A stretch of DNA of 64,000 nt, taken from IMG/VR virus record IMGVR_UViG_3300047564_001181, positions 1 through 64,000 of that record; one strand, given 5' to 3'. Origin of the DNA: a virus. The notes beneath the pieces were generated by a model that was not told the origin of the DNA, made no database searches, and worked only from the letters and a program-made list of their open reading frames with translations. Of this stretch, positions 59,743-64,000 are shown one piece after another; position 1 is the first letter of the stretch, and every line of letters begins with the position of its first letter. Both the position numbers and the translations under genes were made by a program.

Positions 59743-60492
59743 TTATTCATTTCCTTAACAATCTGCTGAGTCATTACTCTTCTTTCGGCTCTAAGTCTAT
59801 CATCTCGTTCTTTGTCTGTCAATGACTTAATCAAAGATTCGCAGTTATTGTAGAACCAATTTAGGGGATGACCTTCTTTATGAAGTGTAAAATAGTAGTC
59901 TATTGCTTTTTCTATATTTTCTTCTGAGAAATCATCAATGATTTGGGACATAGCCCATTTTTCTTTATACTTATTAATTGGTAGTGGCTTGCCATATCTA
60001 TTCTTATACTTATTAGCATAATATGCAAGCATTCCAAATGCTGCACTAGATTGGTCTTTAGTCACCCAATTCCTCCGTAATTTCGTTTACTTTTTCTTTT
60101 AACTTAGTTTCAACAAACTTATAGACTCGTTCAGTTGCTTGGTCTACAGTCTCGCCTTGTCTTACATAATCTTCAACGCCTATGTCTACATGTAGGCTTT
60201 CGTAATTACCAAGATTACGAACAAACTTTAGACCGACCTTAACTGTGGTACTCATCCTTATCCTCTACTTCTCTAGTAAACCCAATTGGGAGCTTAACAT
60301 CTTCTTCCCTCTCAAGAATCCTTCCAAGCATGGACCATCTATCAGAGATGGCTACAATTGCATCTAGGTCACGATTAAACCTAGCAATCTTATAAGCTTC
60401 TTTCAAGGCTGCTGCACTATTTTCAAATGCAATGACCGAGGATACCATGTTATAGTCAACCTTGTCAAGTTCTTTTCTTTTCTTTTTAATCA

Positions 60493-61029
60493 TTAAAAAT
60501 CAACTCTTTTCCAAATTGGGACAAAGTTACCCTTTTTGTCCTTTACATATACCATTTCACGCTTTCCTAGAAGGGCATCTAGTTCTTCAATTGAAGGAAC
60601 ATTGTAGGATGTAATTGTTCCATCTGCTCTTGGTCTTCCTTTATGAATGTTAGCAAAGTAATCTCTTATCTCATAAATATTATCTTCAGAGAAGTAATAA
60701 ATACCAGCTCTACCTACTGCAAACTTTCCTTTTCCAGCTTCTTTTCTGATTGGAAGCATAAATGGCTTTGTTACTTTACCAGCATTAATTGCTTTCCAAA
60801 CTGCCGTAATGTCTCTACCAACAAAATAAGATACATGTTTGATTGTATAAGCTTGCTGCTTAAACTTTTTGTAGTCTGCAATGCTGTATGCAGAAACATT
60901 ATTTGTCGAATAGTTGTATGCACGAATCATACCTGCAGCACGATTTGTGTTTACAATCTCATGAAACTCTCCGTTAAGGAAGAATCTCTTTTTATTAATT
61001 CTTAATGGTTTGTCGTCCACTCGACCCAC
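60493..61029 (-). CDS. Putative DNA-binding protein
   Basis: Central HTH-like segment and GRPR. Confidence 0.45.
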   Translation of the reverse strand: MGRVDDKPLRINKKRFFLNGEFHEIVNTNRAAGMIRAYNYSTNNVSAYSIADYKKFKQQAYTIKHVSYFVGRDITAVWKAINAGKVTKPFMLPIRKEAGKGKFAVGRAGIYYFSEDNIYEIRDYFANIHKGRPRADGTITSYNVPSIEELDALLGKREMVYVKDKKGNFVPIWKRVDF

Positions 61030-61228
61030 TCCATTTCAACCTTGTGAAGCCATATAATAAAATCCCCGTGTTGACTAGGATAATGATAAATCCATAGTTT
61101 TCCACAAGATAAACAAGATAGCTCTAAGTGAATTTCTGAAAGGTATTGTCTTTCTGACATAACCCTGCCACCACACTTGTCGCAAAACAAGTTCATCCCG
61201 TTGTTTACAGATACTTTTGGAACTTTCA

Positions 61229-62038
61229 TTAGGCACTAAACTTCTTTCCATCAACATAACATGTGTAGTCTGGGCTAACATGAATTAGGTCGATGTGAGG
61301 GTATTCTCCGTTCTCAATATGTGCAATAGCAAATGCTTTTTGCCAGTTGTGTACATTTGTATAAGCCATACCACTAGACCTTTCGTCAGCCATATGACCA
61401 ATTTCGTAACCACGAAGAATTTCTCCCTTGCCATCATTACGAAGTTCGTATGTTTGAAACATAGCACCAGCACGATGTGAGTGACCACGAATAATTGAAA
61501 CGCCAAAGTTTTCAACATCCTTCTTTACAGATTCACCTGCATTTTGAGAAATAGCCACACCGTGATGGACATGGATATCTCCAAATCGTTTCTTTGGTAA
61601 TTCATTATAATAAATATAATCATATCCAAGAGAATCTAATCTCCAGAGTGCTTCTGGAGTTACAGTCTCTATATAGTCTGGAAGCTTTGCATCTACATAA
61701 TCAAAGATACGGATATCGTGATTTCCTAGTGCCGAAAACAGCTGTGCCTTTGGAGCAAGCTTACGAGTACGCTCATAAAATTCTCTAGCACCCTTTGCTT
61801 CGTGTTGCATTAAAGGTACAATTTCATTTCCTAATTCATCTTTATGCATTTTTAGGAATTCTGCTGAACGACCTTCTGTATACTTACTGTAACATGCTTG
61901 GTCATCTGTATCACCAAGATAATCGACAACATGTGGCTTAAACCACTGCATAACCTTGAACCAAAGTTCAATCATTCTATCATCTTGATAGGGGAATTGC
62001 TGGTCGGATGACAGCATCCACCGTAAATCATTTGACAT
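61229..62038 (-). CDS. Metallophosphoesterase (calcineurin-like)
   Basis: SD.Q, GD..D, GNHD, HG, GHSH. Confidence 0.85.
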   Translation of the reverse strand: MSNDLRWMLSSDQQFPYQDDRMIELWFKVMQWFKPHVVDYLGDTDDQACYSKYTEGRSAEFLKMHKDELGNEIVPLMQHEAKGAREFYERTRKLAPKAQLFSALGNHDIRIFDYVDAKLPDYIETVTPEALWRLDSLGYDYIYYNELPKKRFGDIHVHHGVAISQNAGESVKKDVENFGVSIIRGHSHRAGAMFQTYELRNDGKGEILRGYEIGHMADERSSGMAYTNVHNWQKAFAIAHIENGEYPHIDLIHVSPDYTCYVDGKKFSA

Positions 62039-62049
62039 TTTTAGCCTTT

Positions 62050-62535
62050 CTAAGCTGCTTTTTTTGCTCTTAATCTACATATTTTAGAGCAGTACTTATA
62101 ATGCTTTTCTGCGTGTATAGGTACAGAGTACGAATTGTAGCAGAACAAACATTCTTTTTCAACCATTTTTTGCAATCTACATTGTGAATTGCACTTTTTC
62201 TTACGCTTTACAATATGTGGTGGTCCAAAGAACTCTCTCCCACATGTACTACAAAGCCTACTAATCCATTTAGGATGTAATTTTGTAAAGGATACATTCC
62301 TCATATTATGAGCTTTATCGTGTTCCCTGCGAGAACAGACAAATAAGTTTTCAATTCTATTGTCATTCTTTATTTCATTAATATGATGAACTGTTTCCCA
62401 GTCTTTTAGAGGTCTACCCAGATGTGATTCAGCGGTTAGTATGTGTTCAAAATACCAACCGCCAAAAGCCTTGGGATGCTTGGATGGAACCAAGACATAC
62501 CCATTTAAATATCTATACGATAGCTCTCTTTCCAA
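62050..62535 (-). CDS. HNH endonuclease (homing-like)
   Basis: EH...E..LGR.L...E.VHHIN..K.DNR.ENL...H plus Cys repeats. Confidence 0.85.
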   Translation of the reverse strand: MERELSYRYLNGYVLVPSKHPKAFGGWYFEHILTAESHLGRPLKDWETVHHINEIKNDNRIENLFVCSRREHDKAHNMRNVSFTKLHPKWISRLCSTCGREFFGPPHIVKRKKKCNSQCRLQKMVEKECLFCYNSYSVPIHAEKHYKYCSKICRLRAKKAA

Positions 62536-62953
62536 TTGCTATGTATTTCACCTCAAACTTTTCATTCTTGATGTCGTTGTCGGCATCAAATACTTGAACT
62601 GTTGCATTGAATTTGGTAGCAGTAATTCCATCAACTGATACCGCTGCTGGATTTGGCTTTGTGCTTCCAGTTACAGAGTGTGTGACCATTGCAACAACCA
62701 CAACCTCTGAATCTTTAAACGATACTGGGAACTTAATGTTTTCTCTTCTAACCTGAATACCCTTTTTATTTGCAGAGATAGAAATATCAATTTTTCCAGT
62801 AACTACCTGAACATCTACATCCTTAACATATCCAGAAACAAGAATGTTGGAGTTGTTCTTATTGTCAACCTCAAGGGCATTGATAGCGTTAGCAACGCTA
62901 TTTAACCATTCAAATGTTAGTGGCGTTCCATCGCTAAGGATTGGTACGGGCAT
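62513..62953 (-). CDS. Tail-associated protein with beta-rich C-terminal domain
   Basis: I.FP..F....VVA...YIAIG. Confidence 0.5.
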   Translation of the reverse strand: MPVPILSDGTPLTFEWLNSVANAINALEVDNKNNSNILVSGYVKDVDVQVVTGKIDISISANKKGIQVRRENIKFPVSFKDSEVVVVAMVTHSVTGSTKPNPAAVSVDGITATKFNATVQVFDADNDIKNEKFEVKYIAIGKRAIV

Positions 62954-63173
62954 TAGTCTTTCTTACCTTTCGCTGGCTCTGTTTGTAAAGCCTTTAGTTC
63001 TTGAATTTCGGCATCTTTAGCAGCAAGTGCTTCAGTAGCCTGAGCCTTCAGTACGGCTAGTTGTGTTTCGTAGTTACTTGTAATTTGACCAATTCTATTC
63101 TGAAGTTCCTGAACTACGAGTTCTAGTGTTGTTGCCATTTATTCTCCTATTTTCTCTTGGGTAAAGTATAGCA

Positions 63174-64000
63174 TTATCCTTCTAAAATTGCAAGCCTATT
63201 TTCAAGTTCTATGACTTTATTATTTAACTCTTGAATAGCTTTAATTGATGGAGCAATTAACTCTTCATATGCTAATGCCTGTGTTGAATCTAAATCATAT
63301 TTATCTATTAAATTCCATATTGATGTATCAATTCCATAAACATCTAAAATAGACTTAATTTCTTGAGCAATAAACCCATAATGCCATCTTGTTCCAGGCA
63401 TATTTTCTATTACATTGCCTTCTTCATCCAATTCTTTTTTGTTTCCATTATTAAATTTAAACTTAACTGGTCTAATAGAATTAATAAACCCTAGCCCTAA
63501 ATCTGAATCCGAAATTGAATTTTTTAGTCTTTCATCTGATGTAGTAACAGAAGCACCACCTTTATATAATTGAGAAAACCATCCCTGATATATATATTTT
63601 GAATTATCACCAATCATTCCATAAAGTCCAGATGCTGGATATGTTAATTTTGGCTCTACACCATCTGCTATGATTCTAAAAGATGTTGATGCGTCTAGTG
63701 GTCTAAAAGTTATATGTCCACCAGAAGTGGCTTGAAAAAGAAAAGTATTTCCATTCCAGGTGTCAGAAGTGTCAGACCTGAGATATTGAGAAGATGTAAA
63801 TCCTCCTAGTCTTTCAGAACTTAGGTTTGTTACTGTTGTTGTTGAAGATACTGTTAGTGGTGCTGTGCCTGTAGCTACAACACTATTAAATCTATTAGCT
63901 TGAACTGTACCATTAACTTCTAAAGCATAGGTTAGCCCACCAGAACCCCTAATGTACAAGTCTCCATAAAGATTGGTATCAGACTCAGTACCAGAATCAC
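63174..64000 (-). CDS. Tail fibre C-terminus with intramolecular chaperone (peptidase S74); truncated by the window edge
   Basis: SDERLKN.I...L.F...PV.F, YGFIAQE, I.AIQEL coiled coil. Confidence 0.85.
   Translation of the reverse strand, partial: DSGTESDTNLYGDLYIRGSGGLTYALEVNGTVQANRFNSVVATGTAPLTVSSTTTVTNLSSERLGGFTSSQYLRSDTSDTWNGNTFLFQATSGGHITFRPLDASTSFRIIADGVEPKLTYPASGLYGMIGDNSKYIYQGWFSQLYKGGASVTTSDERLKNSISDSDLGLGFINSIRPVKFKFNNGNKKELDEEGNVIENMPGTRWHYGFIAQEIKSILDVYGIDTSIWNLIDKYDLDSTQALAYEELIAPSIKAIQELNNKVIELENRLAILEG

Noticed and set aside
1-64000. Stop-codon reassignment
   Set aside because: Core genes are intact in the standard code and no suppressor tRNA was found; small ORFs have their own RBSs

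Overview
This is a 64-kb segment of a large, low-GC tailed phage of Actinobacteria. The host inference rests on two WhiB proteins, many leaderless genes and actinobacterial regulator motifs. The minus strand holds most core functions: DnaE, DnaB, primase, SSB, RecA, Cas4-like nuclease, RuvC, terminase, endolysin, tail/fibre genes, glycosyltransferases, IMPDH/GMPR, four tRNAs and a compact tmRNA. The plus strand carries thyX and an ~18-kb early-type region (5.3-23.3 kb) of tiny ORFs built as ~15 repeated cassettes. Each cassette starts at a GC-rich GCGGGGGACCCC element, followed by host-regulator-like boxes (CRP, DnaA, MtrA-like, WhiA-like), a promoter and several small genes. Twelve promoters in the first half match the actinobacterial DNA-damage PafBC/RecA-NDp consensus TGTCRG-N10-TANNNT with invariant spacing; the second half uses TTGACA-type promoters. 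By eye, AGCT and GGWCC are absent from the cassette ORFs but recur at cassette borders. Two repeated RNA motifs with covariation also occur there. The region ends in a dense DnaA-box array with iteron-like repeats, a candidate origin or DnaA sink. Gene calls come from motif recognition only, with no database searches, and k-mer statements come from reading by eye.
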